From assembly GCA_028822275.1 (NCBI GenBank), contig JAPKEA010000001.1, forward strand, positions 3,588 to 67,587: 64,000 nt of DNA. The letters are read 5' to 3'. Position numbers and translations under genes: made by a program. This document shows, piece by piece, positions 1-9,283 of this stretch. Position 1 is the stretch's first letter. Each line of letters opens with the position of its first letter. The notes under the pieces were generated by a model. The model was not told the origin of the DNA. It did not search any database and saw only the letters and a program-made list of their open reading frames with translations. The DNA is from Planktomarina sp. GTDB taxonomy: Bacteria > Pseudomonadota > Alphaproteobacteria > Rhodobacterales > Rhodobacteraceae.

Positions 1-435
1 GAATAAGAGCACAAGAACTCCAACAAACCCCAATAAAACCGACGTTAAACGCCTCAATCCCACACGCTCTTTCGCAATTACGATTGAAAGGGCCGTGATG
101 AAAATTGGCATTGTCATTAAGAGTGCTGTTGCGAGACTAATATCAATTTTGGAGATTGCTAAAAACCACGTTATCAGACCCATAAAGCCAAAGCCGGTTC
201 TCAAAACTAAACCCCTAATGTTTTTTATTTTCAGGAAGTCAGCCCCTCTGGTATAAATTGCATAAGCAATGAGTAATGGGAGGCAAAATAAGTACCTGAA
301 AAAAAGAATTATAAATATAGAGAAGTCGGGCTGAAGGATTTTTACTATGCTTGCCAGCAAGAATGTGGTGGATATTTCTCCAATTAGGTATAGCACACCC
401 AATTTATTATTATTTTGATGCGGTTTAGAATTCAA
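1..435 (-). CDS. DMT/EamA family transporter (3' end runs off window)
   Basis: Manual translation from TTG at 435: MNSKPHQNNNKLGVLYLIGEISTTFLLASIVKIL...FFRYLF...KERVGLRRLTSVLLGFVGVLVLLF; EamA-type hydrophobic pattern; not in ORF track because it has no stop in the window. Confidence 0.75.
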   Translation of the reverse strand, partial: MNSKPHQNNNKLGVLYLIGEISTTFLLASIVKILQPDFSIFIILFFRYLFCLPLLIAYAIYTRGADFLKIKNIRGLVLRTGFGFMGLITWFLAISKIDISLATALLMTMPIFITALSIVIAKERVGLRRLTSVLLGFVGVLVLLF

Positions 436-696
436 AGTACAAATTTCTACATTTCTATTTTGCTGACGGCAGTATGCCGAACACTTACAAGCTGTTCACA
501 TCAGTTACTTATCTTATAAAAAATTAATATCCAAATTTTATAAAAAAATTAATTCTAACAAAACTAAAAGTCATAAATTTTTAACTGAATAACTTTCTAT
601 AAGTGTTGCAAACGCGTTATTATAAAAACCAACAAAACCTAATTGATTTTTTCGAAAATCTTGCTGCCATGCTTCAGCTAACAATGCTGCATACGC

Positions 697-724
697 AAAA
701 AGCCGCCTCAGAAGAGACGGCCTT
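697..724 (-). terminator. Intrinsic terminator after tRNA-fMet
   Basis: Minus strand AGGCCGTCTC-TTCT-GAGGCGGCTT followed by T-run, about 12 nt past the tRNA CCA. Confidence 0.7.
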
Positions 725-735
725 TGCGATATATT

Positions 736-812
<77 letters not shown>

Positions 813-1061
813 CCAAGTCTGCCTTAGCTAGTCTGTCCCCTAATAAACCGCAAGAGTAAAAACAACGAATTTGTACAAAGTTTTTGGATCCACAAGAAAT
901 TGGTATTCAGCCCGCTTATTACTACCCAGGACTATGCCCATTACAGTCGCGTTCGACAAATTCTCAACCTTTACCCAATCCTAAAATAAATCATAAAATC
1001 ATCGACATTTCCTACACTATACTGGAACACTGGCGTAGAATTGTGAATCAGGAAATTACTT

Positions 1062-2015
1062 ATGTCAGAACATGGATATGCAGCTGGTCGTCTAAATCTG
1101 CCGTTTGTTGGCATAGCTACCTTTGGGAAGCGTCCATATGTTGAAGATTGGGATGCTATCGACGCCGATGTCGCAGTGATGGGCGCTCCTTTTGATTTTG
1201 GTACGCAATGGCGCGCTGGTGCTCGGTTTGGGCCACGTTCCGTGCGGGAGGCGTCAACTCTATTTTCATTTGGCCATGCAGGAGCTTACGACCACGAGGA
1301 TGACACAACCTATCTCGCCAGCGACGTTCGCATCGTTGATATTGGTGATGCAGACATCATCCACACGAAAACTACAGAAAGCCATTCCAATATTGAATTA
1401 GGCGTGCGTAAAATATTGGCTGCAGGAGCGCTGCCTGTAGTTATTGGCGGAGATCATTCTATCAACATTCCATGCATCAATGCATTTTCTGATCAAGATC
1501 CAATCCACATTATTCAGATTGATGCACACTTAGATTTTGTAGATGAGCGCCACGGCGTAACGAATGGTCACGGAAACCCAATGCGACGGGCAATCGAAAA
1601 GCCATGGGTCACAGGCATGACACAGCTGGGCATTCGCAATGTCAGTTCTACTGCCAAGGAGGGCTATGAGGATGCCCGAGCCCGGGGATCCGATATCCTT
1701 TCGGTACGACAGGTAAAAAAGCTAGGGGTCGAGGCTGTTTTAGCACGCATACCAAAAGATGCGCGCTACTATGTCACCATCGACATCGACGCCTTCTGCC
1801 CTTCAATCGCACCTGGTACGGGCACGCCAAGTCACGGTGGTTTTTTATATTACGACGTTTTGGAGATCCTACAAGGATTGGCGAAACAGGGGCATATCGC
1901 TGGAATTGATCTTGTTGAAGTTGCGCCAGCCTATGACCCATCAGAGAGTACTCAAATTTTAGCGGCACAAATTTTACTGAACTTTTTAGGCTTTATTTTT
2001 GAAGCTCAGAAATAA
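1062..2015 (+). CDS. speB: Agmatinase / ureohydrolase family
   Basis: GGDHS, DAHLD, DIDAFCP, GTGTP and VEVAP motifs; exact substrate not determinable. Confidence 0.85.
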   Translation: MSEHGYAAGRLNLPFVGIATFGKRPYVEDWDAIDADVAVMGAPFDFGTQWRAGARFGPRSVREASTLFSFGHAGAYDHEDDTTYLASDVRIVDIGDADIIHTKTTESHSNIELGVRKILAAGALPVVIGGDHSINIPCINAFSDQDPIHIIQIDAHLDFVDERHGVTNGHGNPMRRAIEKPWVTGMTQLGIRNVSSTAKEGYEDARARGSDILSVRQVKKLGVEAVLARIPKDARYYVTIDIDAFCPSIAPGTGTPSHGGFLYYDVLEILQGLAKQGHIAGIDLVEVAPAYDPSESTQILAAQILLNFLGFIFEAQK

Positions 2016-2072
2016 TCTACATTACACTGCTGGAAAACAAGATTTGAGCCGTCTTTTGGACATCAGGTTTAC

Positions 2073-2918
2073 TTAGGTATCACCGCCAAGGTCATCCCAG
2101 ATATCTTGCACCCATCGCCGAATTTGCAAGGCCTCTTCCCAGCGATTAGACATTTCTTGGCCATCAGGGCCAGTCATGGCGTATTCAGGCGGACCCAGCT
2201 CACACAGGAAAATACAATCGCCATTGCTACGCTTTCGCCAATCTTCAAGCCCTTCTCGCCACCAGACTTTAAAGAGATCTATCCATTTTTGATGCTGAGG
2301 AAAATCTAGCTGCAGTTGTATTTGTTGGCGGCTTGCAACCCTACCTTGAAAACTGTCTGAGCGCTGCAAAATCCGGCTAATCAGTCCCATGTCACGTTCG
2401 GACATTGGATGCCAAAATTCACGATCAACGACATAGTGGCTAAGGTCAGCACACATCCTCATTTCAGGGATCGCATCCAAGAGGCACAGGGTCGAATAAA
2501 GATCATTAGTGATGCAATTGCGATGACTTTCAAATTGGATTGGTACGCCAATTTCGTCTGCCATATCCATCCATTGGCGAATAATCGGGATCATTCCATC
2601 TAACGACAGTGGCATCACCTGACCGATTACATCAACAAAGGGACTTCCAAAGTCCTTAGCCATAATCAGTGTCTCCCGCAGGCTCTCAACGGTCTTTGGG
2701 AAAGCTACTATCAAGGGTGTAAGCCCATGGCGATCCATATGTGGACGTACCTCATGGGCCTGAGCTACATCCCCAGCACCCAGATCAATAGCCATTCCAT
2801 TATAGCCAGCGTTCGCAACCATTTCGCAAACTTGATCGTAGGGCAACTTTATACCTGTTTGATCATGGGGCTGCATGGCCCACAGGCTTGTGTATGTCTT
2901 GAAACGCTGTTGCATCAT
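2073..2918 (-). CDS. Sugar phosphate isomerase/epimerase (xylose isomerase-like TIM barrel)
   Basis: FESHR, DLSHY, QGRV and CELGP metal-site pattern; start set to ATG after GGAGAG. Confidence 0.7.
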   Translation of the reverse strand: MMQQRFKTYTSLWAMQPHDQTGIKLPYDQVCEMVANAGYNGMAIDLGAGDVAQAHEVRPHMDRHGLTPLIVAFPKTVESLRETLIMAKDFGSPFVDVIGQVMPLSLDGMIPIIRQWMDMADEIGVPIQFESHRNCITNDLYSTLCLLDAIPEMRMCADLSHYVVDREFWHPMSERDMGLISRILQRSDSFQGRVASRQQIQLQLDFPQHQKWIDLFKVWWREGLEDWRKRSNGDCIFLCELGPPEYAMTGPDGQEMSNRWEEALQIRRWVQDIWDDLGGDT

Positions 2919-3259
2919 ACTCTCCTGAATATTCACCCAATCATTAAAAATTTAAGCTTCCCATAGGCAACGCTAAATTTTAGAAACACTTAGCCCAGAA
3001 TCTGATACAAATTGTTTAAACCGCTAGATCACAAACCAACCCATGACACACTGCTAAAGCACAAGCCGTTATAAAGAGATTACGAAGTTGTGAGTCCAGT
3101 TCTAATAATTAATCTTACTTTTTGGCCTGTCCTTATCAATTGCTAAAACTTGAGAGCTATCCATTTCTTGAAGCTACTAACGCGTATGAAGGCTATGGAT
3201 CTGGCCTGTGTGTACACTTATCAAATTCAAAGAGGTCTTTGGGAAATCCTATAGCCAAT

Positions 3260-4243
3260 CTATTCAGCAGGAACGCGTATCCGCCCGCCTGCAGATGGAA
3301 CGACCCAAACTTCATTTTGCGGCCATTGGCTTTCGTCTTTTTGCGCCAACCGTTTAATTACCTCAATTTGAAACTCGAACCAACCCATTCGGTGAACAGA
3401 TCCGGCCTGCTCTTCAATTTTAGAGTTCAATTGGTGCAATTTCCAAAATGGAACCGATGGGAAAACATGGTGAGCTGTATGATACGGCATTTGCCAGCAC
3501 AGCCAACGGATCAACACATTCGTACGGGTAGAGCGCGTATTTTCTAAAATATCGTCTTCATGGCTAAGGCCAAGGTGTTCGATTGTATTTTGTAGTTGGT
3601 GAATGGGCTTGGTTAATATCATCGGCAGAACCCAAAAAGTTAGTGCAACCCAGCTTTGCAGCACCACCGATAGAACTACTATCGCGACATATAGCACTAA
3701 ATGCACACGGCTTTCGCTAATGACTTTCGCTTCTTCTTCCACACGGATGTAGGGCTCTACAATAGTCCCGCCAGCCCGGCGAATTACACCAACGATCCGA
3801 TTGCGCCAATAACTAATGCCAGACATCCAAATTAAGTATGTGCTCAAAGTGTAAGGCTCTCGGACTAATTCTCCATCCTTCTCCCAGCTTTGGGTGTAGG
3901 TATGGTGAGCGAAATGCATCACCTGATCATAGTCGCGAGGAAAAATCATCACAAAACCAATCAGGCGACCAAAGAATTCATTTACCTTGCGGGTAGCAAA
4001 AACAGTTGCATGGCTCAGCTCATGTTGAGCGGCATAGAGGAAATTAAGCAAGATACCCAATACAAACCCAGTGACCCAGACCAAACTCGTTCCCATCGCT
4101 AGGCTGTGTAGGGAACCCGCACAGATTATAGCGCCAACATGGCTGGCCATTTGTAAAGAACCCCAAATATCAGAGCGCGCATTTAGCTCTTTCAATTCAA
4201 CAGGCGTCACCAGTTTGCGTCGTGAAAATGAAGCTTCCATCAT
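3260..4243 (-). CDS. Membrane fatty-acid desaturase superfamily protein (MocD-like di-iron oxygenase)
   Basis: Three His boxes QHELSH, HFAHH, YHTAHH; TM segments; GGAGG RBS. Confidence 0.85.
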   Translation of the reverse strand: MMEASFSRRKLVTPVELKELNARSDIWGSLQMASHVGAIICAGSLHSLAMGTSLVWVTGFVLGILLNFLYAAQHELSHATVFATRKVNEFFGRLIGFVMIFPRDYDQVMHFAHHTYTQSWEKDGELVREPYTLSTYLIWMSGISYWRNRIVGVIRRAGGTIVEPYIRVEEEAKVISESRVHLVLYVAIVVLSVVLQSWVALTFWVLPMILTKPIHQLQNTIEHLGLSHEDDILENTRSTRTNVLIRWLCWQMPYHTAHHVFPSVPFWKLHQLNSKIEEQAGSVHRMGWFEFQIEVIKRLAQKDESQWPQNEVWVVPSAGGRIRVPAE

Positions 4244-4389
4244 TTCCTCCAGATCGAAGATACCGGAAGTCTAGAGCGCTTGAACATATGTGTCGAGCCT
4301 CACAAGCCATATGAATCTGAGGTCAAATGGAATTAATAAAGCTTACTGAAGCCTGAAATTACTGATTAGTGTAATATTTCAAAAACTCA

Positions 4390-4415
4390 AAGTGGGAGCC
4401 AAAAGGCTCCGACTT
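4390..4415 (-). terminator. Intrinsic terminator after acyl-CoA synthetase
   Basis: Minus strand AAGTCGGAGCC-TTTT-GGCTCCCACTT followed by TGAGTTTTT. Confidence 0.6.
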
Positions 4416-4439
4416 AAAACTTGAAAATATCTCAAGACA

Positions 4440-6317
4440 CTAAGACAGACGGTCCCAAGGCCGTGTGAAGCCACCCAGAATTTTAGTGATCGCCTCATCG
4501 TCCGCACTGCCAGAAACTTGCGCAACTAATCCGCGTTGTTTGTCTTCTATAACTGCTTGAACTTTTGCATCCAAACCAGCGCCCTCTAGAGCCGCATTAT
4601 AAATGCGCGAAATCGCAGATTTACGTAACGCCGGTTTGAAAACCTTTCCAACCGCCGTTTTCGGTAGTTCGGGCAAAATCTCTACATATTTTGGTTGAGC
4701 CCCACGTTCGCTCACACGCGAATTTGCAAAGGCAATCAACTCTTCTGGTGTTACACTCGCCCCCTCAACCAATTCTACATAGGCACAAGGGATTTCACCT
4801 GCATGCTCATCAGGCTGGCCAATCGCCCCCACAAAGCCAACAGCCTCGTGTCCGGCAAGTGCTTCCTCAATCTCAGCAGGGTCGATGTTATGACCACCAC
4901 GAATGATCAAATCTTTTTCTCGGCCCGTGATCCAAAGGTAGCCATCTTCATCCATACGACCTAAATCGCCAGTGCGGAGGTAGGTCTCAAAGTGATATAA
5001 ATCTTTATTCTTTGCAGTCTCGGTGTAGGTGTTTCCAGCAAAAACCCCTGGATTTTCTACACAGATCTCACCAATCTTGTTAGTTTCACATTCCTGCGGT
5101 CCACCTGGTGTATCTAAAAGAATTTTGACGTTGGTGTGGGGCAAAGGAAGACCAACCGAGCCAACTTTCTTTAGGCCTTGATCTGGGTTGCAAGAGACAA
5201 GACATGTGGCTTCTGTCAAACCATAACCCTCAACGATTTCAACACCTGTTGCTTTTTCAAACCGCTTAAATAACTCGACTGGTAGAGGAGAAGACCCAGA
5301 AAATGCCGTTTGCAATGAAGATACATCCGCATCGACAGGACGTTGCATCAAAGCTGAAATCGCTGTTGGCACGGTAATCATGAAGGTCACATTCCAGCGC
5401 TCAATCAACTTCCAAAAGTTGTCAAAAACACCCTCTCCCCGATAACCTTGCGGTGTTGGGAACACTACATGCGCGCCAGAGCTAATCATAGCCATTAAAA
5501 TTACATGGCAAGCGAAAACATGGAACAATGGCAGTGGGCATATGATGGTATCGGTTGGCTTAAATAGCATCCGATCCCCCAACCAACCATTATACACAAT
5601 GCCTGAGTACTTATGTTGTGCCACTTTGGGCATGCCAGTCGTGCCACCCGTATGGAAATATGCAGCAACCCGATCAGCTGTCGCATCAGGAAAATCTAAG
5701 CCCCGGTTTTGTTTATCTAATTCTTCATTAAAATTAGACACTTGAGCAGAATGACCAACATTAACTTTGGGACGGATCAGCGGTACAATCCAAGACTTCG
5801 GAGGTGAAAGGTAACGGTTCAAATCAACTTCCAAAACCACTTCAACATTGGGCGCCTTCGCAACAGCGTCTGCCGCTAGCTGTGCCAAATCAGTTTTTGG
5901 GAACCCACGCAAGGTGACAAGAACCTTGGCTCCAGTCTCACGCAATATCGCCGCAATTTGGTCTGGCTCAAGTAATGGATTGATAGGATTTGCAATGCCG
6001 GCAATAGACCCTCCAACAAGAGTAATTGCCGCTTCGTTGCAAATTGGCAGCAAATAGGCAACTACGTCTGTCTCACCGATACCAAGGCGCCGGAATAGGT
6101 TTGCAGCTTGAACAGATTTGTCTCGGAACTCTTGCCAGGTCAAAGTCTCAGCTTTGTCTTTCGGACCAGAGGTTAATTGGAAGCTCACGCCAGGGCGCGA
6201 TCCATGTCGTTTGGCAACCGACTCCATAAATTCATACATTGTGGTCGAAACATCTCGTTCGGCCCAAGGCATTTCATTTTCGACCGCATCACGATCCGCT
6301 TTTGTTGCAAAGCTCAT
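4440..6317 (-). CDS. Acyl-CoA synthetase (AMP-forming)
   Basis: FHTGGTTGMPK, EGYGLTE, RTGDLG, PKTAVGK; start at MSFATK after GGGAGAG. Confidence 0.9.
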   Translation of the reverse strand: MSFATKADRDAVENEMPWAERDVSTTMYEFMESVAKRHGSRPGVSFQLTSGPKDKAETLTWQEFRDKSVQAANLFRRLGIGETDVVAYLLPICNEAAITLVGGSIAGIANPINPLLEPDQIAAILRETGAKVLVTLRGFPKTDLAQLAADAVAKAPNVEVVLEVDLNRYLSPPKSWIVPLIRPKVNVGHSAQVSNFNEELDKQNRGLDFPDATADRVAAYFHTGGTTGMPKVAQHKYSGIVYNGWLGDRMLFKPTDTIICPLPLFHVFACHVILMAMISSGAHVVFPTPQGYRGEGVFDNFWKLIERWNVTFMITVPTAISALMQRPVDADVSSLQTAFSGSSPLPVELFKRFEKATGVEIVEGYGLTEATCLVSCNPDQGLKKVGSVGLPLPHTNVKILLDTPGGPQECETNKIGEICVENPGVFAGNTYTETAKNKDLYHFETYLRTGDLGRMDEDGYLWITGREKDLIIRGGHNIDPAEIEEALAGHEAVGFVGAIGQPDEHAGEIPCAYVELVEGASVTPEELIAFANSRVSERGAQPKYVEILPELPKTAVGKVFKPALRKSAISRIYNAALEGAGLDAKVQAVIEDKQRGLVAQVSGSADDEAITKILGGFTRPWDRLS

Positions 6318-6412
6318 GTCTCTCTCCCAGCAATTAACATCTACCATTTAACGTGATGGTTTCTGCAAGAATGGGCAGTTTTTTAAAATTTCGCAAGGCT
6401 TATGGTGCAGCT

Positions 6413-8218
6413 TTAAACTGTATCACGCTCATTCATTTTAGTTTCAGTGAATTGAAGCCGTGCCAATCGAGCATATAGCCCTTCTTGCGCCACCAATTCT
6501 GAGTGTGTGCCCTGTGCCACTATGCGACCATTATCCATAACCAAGATCCGGTCTGCTTTTTTCACAGTTGCTAACCGGTGAGCCACAACCAGAGTTGTGC
6601 GGGTCTTTGACAGCTCATCAAGGGCTAACTGAACTGCTGCTTCATTTTCTGCGTCCAAGGCAGAGGTTGCTTCATCTAACAAAAGCACTGGTGCGTCTCG
6701 CAATATTGCGCGCGCAATGGCGATCCGCTGCTTTTGGCCACCCGATAGCATAACACCTCGTTCACCAACGTAGCTGTCATACCCCTCAGGCAGGGCGCTT
6801 ATAAAACTATGTGCTGCTGCAGATTTGGCAGCTGCGATGACCTCATCATGTTCTGCACCCGGCCTACCAAACAAAATATTATCATAAGCTGACGTGGCAA
6901 ATATAACTGGATCCTGGGGCACCAAAGCCATGAATTGCCGAAAAGCTGAACGTTCCATTTTTGGCAAAGCATTACCCCCAAATGTGATTTCTCCTTTTTG
7001 GGGATCATAAAAGCGCTGGATCATCTGGATGATCGTTGACTTTCCTGCTCCAGATGGGCCTACCAACGCGACGATCTCTCCGGGTTGTATTGCGAAACTC
7101 ACATCATCTAACGCAAGCACATTGGGGCGATTTGGAAAGGTAAATTGAACCTTATCGAATACAATTGCGCCAGCTATTGGAGTAATTGGTGCAATTGGAT
7201 CTGCTAAACTGTCTTGCGCATTGAGAAGTTCAACCAAACGCTCAGTTGCACCAGCCGCTCGTTGTAATTCTGACCAAAGTTCTGATAGAGCCGCAGTGGA
7301 GCTAGCGACAATCGTTGCATAAATAACGAATTGGACCAACTGTCCAACAGTCATAGAACCGCCGCGCACGTCGCTTGCACCAACCCAAAGTACGCCCATA
7401 ACTCCACTGAACGCGACAAAAATGATGATCATGGTAATCATTGCACGCACCACTATTCTGGCTTTTGCACTATCAAAAGCCTTTTCAGTGACATCCGAAA
7501 ACTCAGCCGCACTGCGTGCCTCGTGCGTGAATGCTTGGACGGTCTGCACAGACAGTAAGGATTCGGAAGCTTTTCCAGACGACGCGGCAATCCAATCCTG
7601 ATTTTCTCGCGACAAGCTTCGCAGTTTGCGACCTAGGGCTAAAATTGGACCCAGAATAAATGGTACAATAAGAAGCACTAAACCGGTAAGCTTTGGGGAT
7701 GTCCAAAGCATCATTATAAGCCCACCTGACATCATTAGCATATTACGCAGTAGCCAACTGGCAGATGAGCCAACAACAGATAGAATTAGTGTCGTATCGG
7801 TTGTAATTCGGCTAAGGACTTCACCCGTCATCAGTTTTTCAAAATAAGCAGGCGACATGCCTATCATTCTGTCAAAAACCGCCTTGCGAATATCTGCAAC
7901 CACACGCTCCCCAAGGCGGGTCACCACATAGTATCGCAACCCAGTACCAAGAGCGAAGACGCCTGCCACAAAAATCGCACCCACGAAATACGTGTTCAAA
8001 AGGTCGGCGTCACCTACCGAAAATCCATCAACTACACGCCGTGCTGCAAGCGGTAAAACCAATGAAACACCGGCTGTAAGCGTCAGCGCGCTCAGCGCAA
8101 GAAAAACAAGCAGCTTATAAGGCGCAAAATACGGGACCAACGCTCTTAAAATACCTACTTGTTTCGAGGATGCCCGATCTTCTTTAATATTCGCAGCTGA
8201 GTTGGGTGTCTCTGACAT
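6413..8218 (-). CDS. ABC exporter, fused permease/ATP-binding (MsbA-like)
   Basis: N-terminal TM domain; Walker A GPSGAGKS, signature LSGGQKQR, Walker B LLLDEATS. Confidence 0.93.
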   Translation of the reverse strand: MSETPNSAANIKEDRASSKQVGILRALVPYFAPYKLLVFLALSALTLTAGVSLVLPLAARRVVDGFSVGDADLLNTYFVGAIFVAGVFALGTGLRYYVVTRLGERVVADIRKAVFDRMIGMSPAYFEKLMTGEVLSRITTDTTLILSVVGSSASWLLRNMLMMSGGLIMMLWTSPKLTGLVLLIVPFILGPILALGRKLRSLSRENQDWIAASSGKASESLLSVQTVQAFTHEARSAAEFSDVTEKAFDSAKARIVVRAMITMIIIFVAFSGVMGVLWVGASDVRGGSMTVGQLVQFVIYATIVASSTAALSELWSELQRAAGATERLVELLNAQDSLADPIAPITPIAGAIVFDKVQFTFPNRPNVLALDDVSFAIQPGEIVALVGPSGAGKSTIIQMIQRFYDPQKGEITFGGNALPKMERSAFRQFMALVPQDPVIFATSAYDNILFGRPGAEHDEVIAAAKSAAAHSFISALPEGYDSYVGERGVMLSGGQKQRIAIARAILRDAPVLLLDEATSALDAENEAAVQLALDELSKTRTTLVVAHRLATVKKADRILVMDNGRIVAQGTHSELVAQEGLYARLARLQFTETKMNERDTV

Positions 8219-8392
8219 GAAAATTCCTTTTATTCGAAAGTGCCTACCAAGCTCATTCTGTTCAAACAAGAGCTACTCGGAGCAAAACAACAAAACATTA
8301 AATCGGTGGGTCAGATGGTGAACTAGACGCGAGCAAGCGAAACTCTATCGTCCATTGTTTAAAAATACTTAAGTCATCGAATGAGATTAAGT

Positions 8393-8466
8393 TGGAGCGG
8401 GTAGCGGGAATCGAACCCGCGCCTTAAGCTTGGAAGGCTCTTATGATACCATTTCACCATACCCGC
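8393..8466 (-). tRNA. tRNA-Gly (TCC)
   Basis: GCGGGTATGGTGAAATGGTATCATAAGAGCCTTCCAAGCTTAAGGCGCGGGTTCGATTCCCGCTACCCGCTCCA; TCC anticodon, GTTCGA T-loop, CCA. Confidence 0.97.
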
Positions 8467-8477
8467 ACCTTGGTTGC

Positions 8478-8506
8478 TGGGTAAGCCACTCAAAATTCAT
8501 CGTCAA
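8478..8506 (-). promoter_or_regulatory. Putative sigma70 promoter of tRNA-Gly
   Basis: TTGACG-17 nt-TACCCA about 11 nt upstream of the tRNA; -35 overlaps the SRAP stop codon. Confidence 0.5.
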
Positions 8507-9165
8507 GAGTATAAGTGTGCTTTCATTGGTAAAATCAGGCCAGCACCAGTTGCCTCATTTGAGTTTACCGCAGTGTCAACAGAATAATATTGCAGAAAAT
8601 CATCACAAACGGCTGTCATAAGTGGCGCAGCTTTTTGGTCTGTCTCTCCCATCCAATGCCCCCAGCAATCCCGTCTTAATATTACAGGCATCCGGGCGTG
8701 GATCACACTCATTTTTTTGTTTGCAGAGCATGTCACGATGGCGCAAGTAGACATCTTCCCAGGCCCCCAATCTTGCCAAACTCCCGCAACAACAAGCGGC
8801 TCTTTCGCATGAACATACCAGGGCTGTCGCTTTTCATCCAACGTTTTAGACCATTCATAAAATCCACTCATGGGAATTAAACATCGCCGCATGCGGCATG
8901 CTTCCCGAAAAGCGGGCTTTTGCGCAATTGTTTCTGAGCGTGCATTTATTAACAAAGGGCGATCCATAGGTGATGCATACCATCGGGGGATAAACCCCCA
9001 CCGCATTGACACGAGACGCCGCTTGTCACCAGGCACTATCGCATGGATTTGTTGAGTTGGGCAGACATTGAAATCTGGGACCGAAGGCAAATCGTTATTT
9101 GGCACCGCATCAAACAGCTGCGTCATCGTACCCAACGGTAACGTCATCGTAAATCTACCGCACAT
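8503..9165 (-). CDS. SOS response-associated peptidase (SRAP/YedK/HMCES family)
   Basis: N-terminal MCGRF (Cys2), INARSET, GFYEW, HARMPVIL. Confidence 0.92.
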   Translation of the reverse strand: MCGRFTMTLPLGTMTQLFDAVPNNDLPSVPDFNVCPTQQIHAIVPGDKRRLVSMRWGFIPRWYASPMDRPLLINARSETIAQKPAFREACRMRRCLIPMSGFYEWSKTLDEKRQPWYVHAKEPLVVAGVWQDWGPGKMSTCAIVTCSANKKMSVIHARMPVILRRDCWGHWMGETDQKAAPLMTAVCDDFLQYYSVDTAVNSNEATGAGLILPMKAHLYS

Positions 9166-9205
9166 AAAGCCCTTGGTTCGTTTGGCTAAAAATACTCATA
9201 CCTAT

Positions 9206-9238
9206 AAAAAATCGCCACCCCTTTCCAGGGATGGCGAT
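9206..9238 (-). terminator. Intrinsic terminator after 5'-nucleotidase
   Basis: Minus strand ATCGCCATCCC-TGGAAA-GGGGTGGCGAT followed by TTTTT. Confidence 0.75.
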
Positions 9239-9283
9239 CAGGTTTTTTACCACTAGTAAAACCGATGGTGAATTGGCAATAGG

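Noticed and set aside
813-1061. Possible guanidine riboswitch or uORF upstream of speB; ORF 884-1144
   Set aside because: No twin ACGR hairpins or other riboswitch motif recognised; short ORF MPITVAFDKFSTFTQS has no informative codons; the 86-aa ORF overlaps speB and has no recognisable motif.
4358-4375. ATTAC-N8-GTAAT inverted repeat upstream of the desaturase
   Set aside because: Only 5-bp arms in AT-rich DNA; expected by chance and no adjacent regulator.
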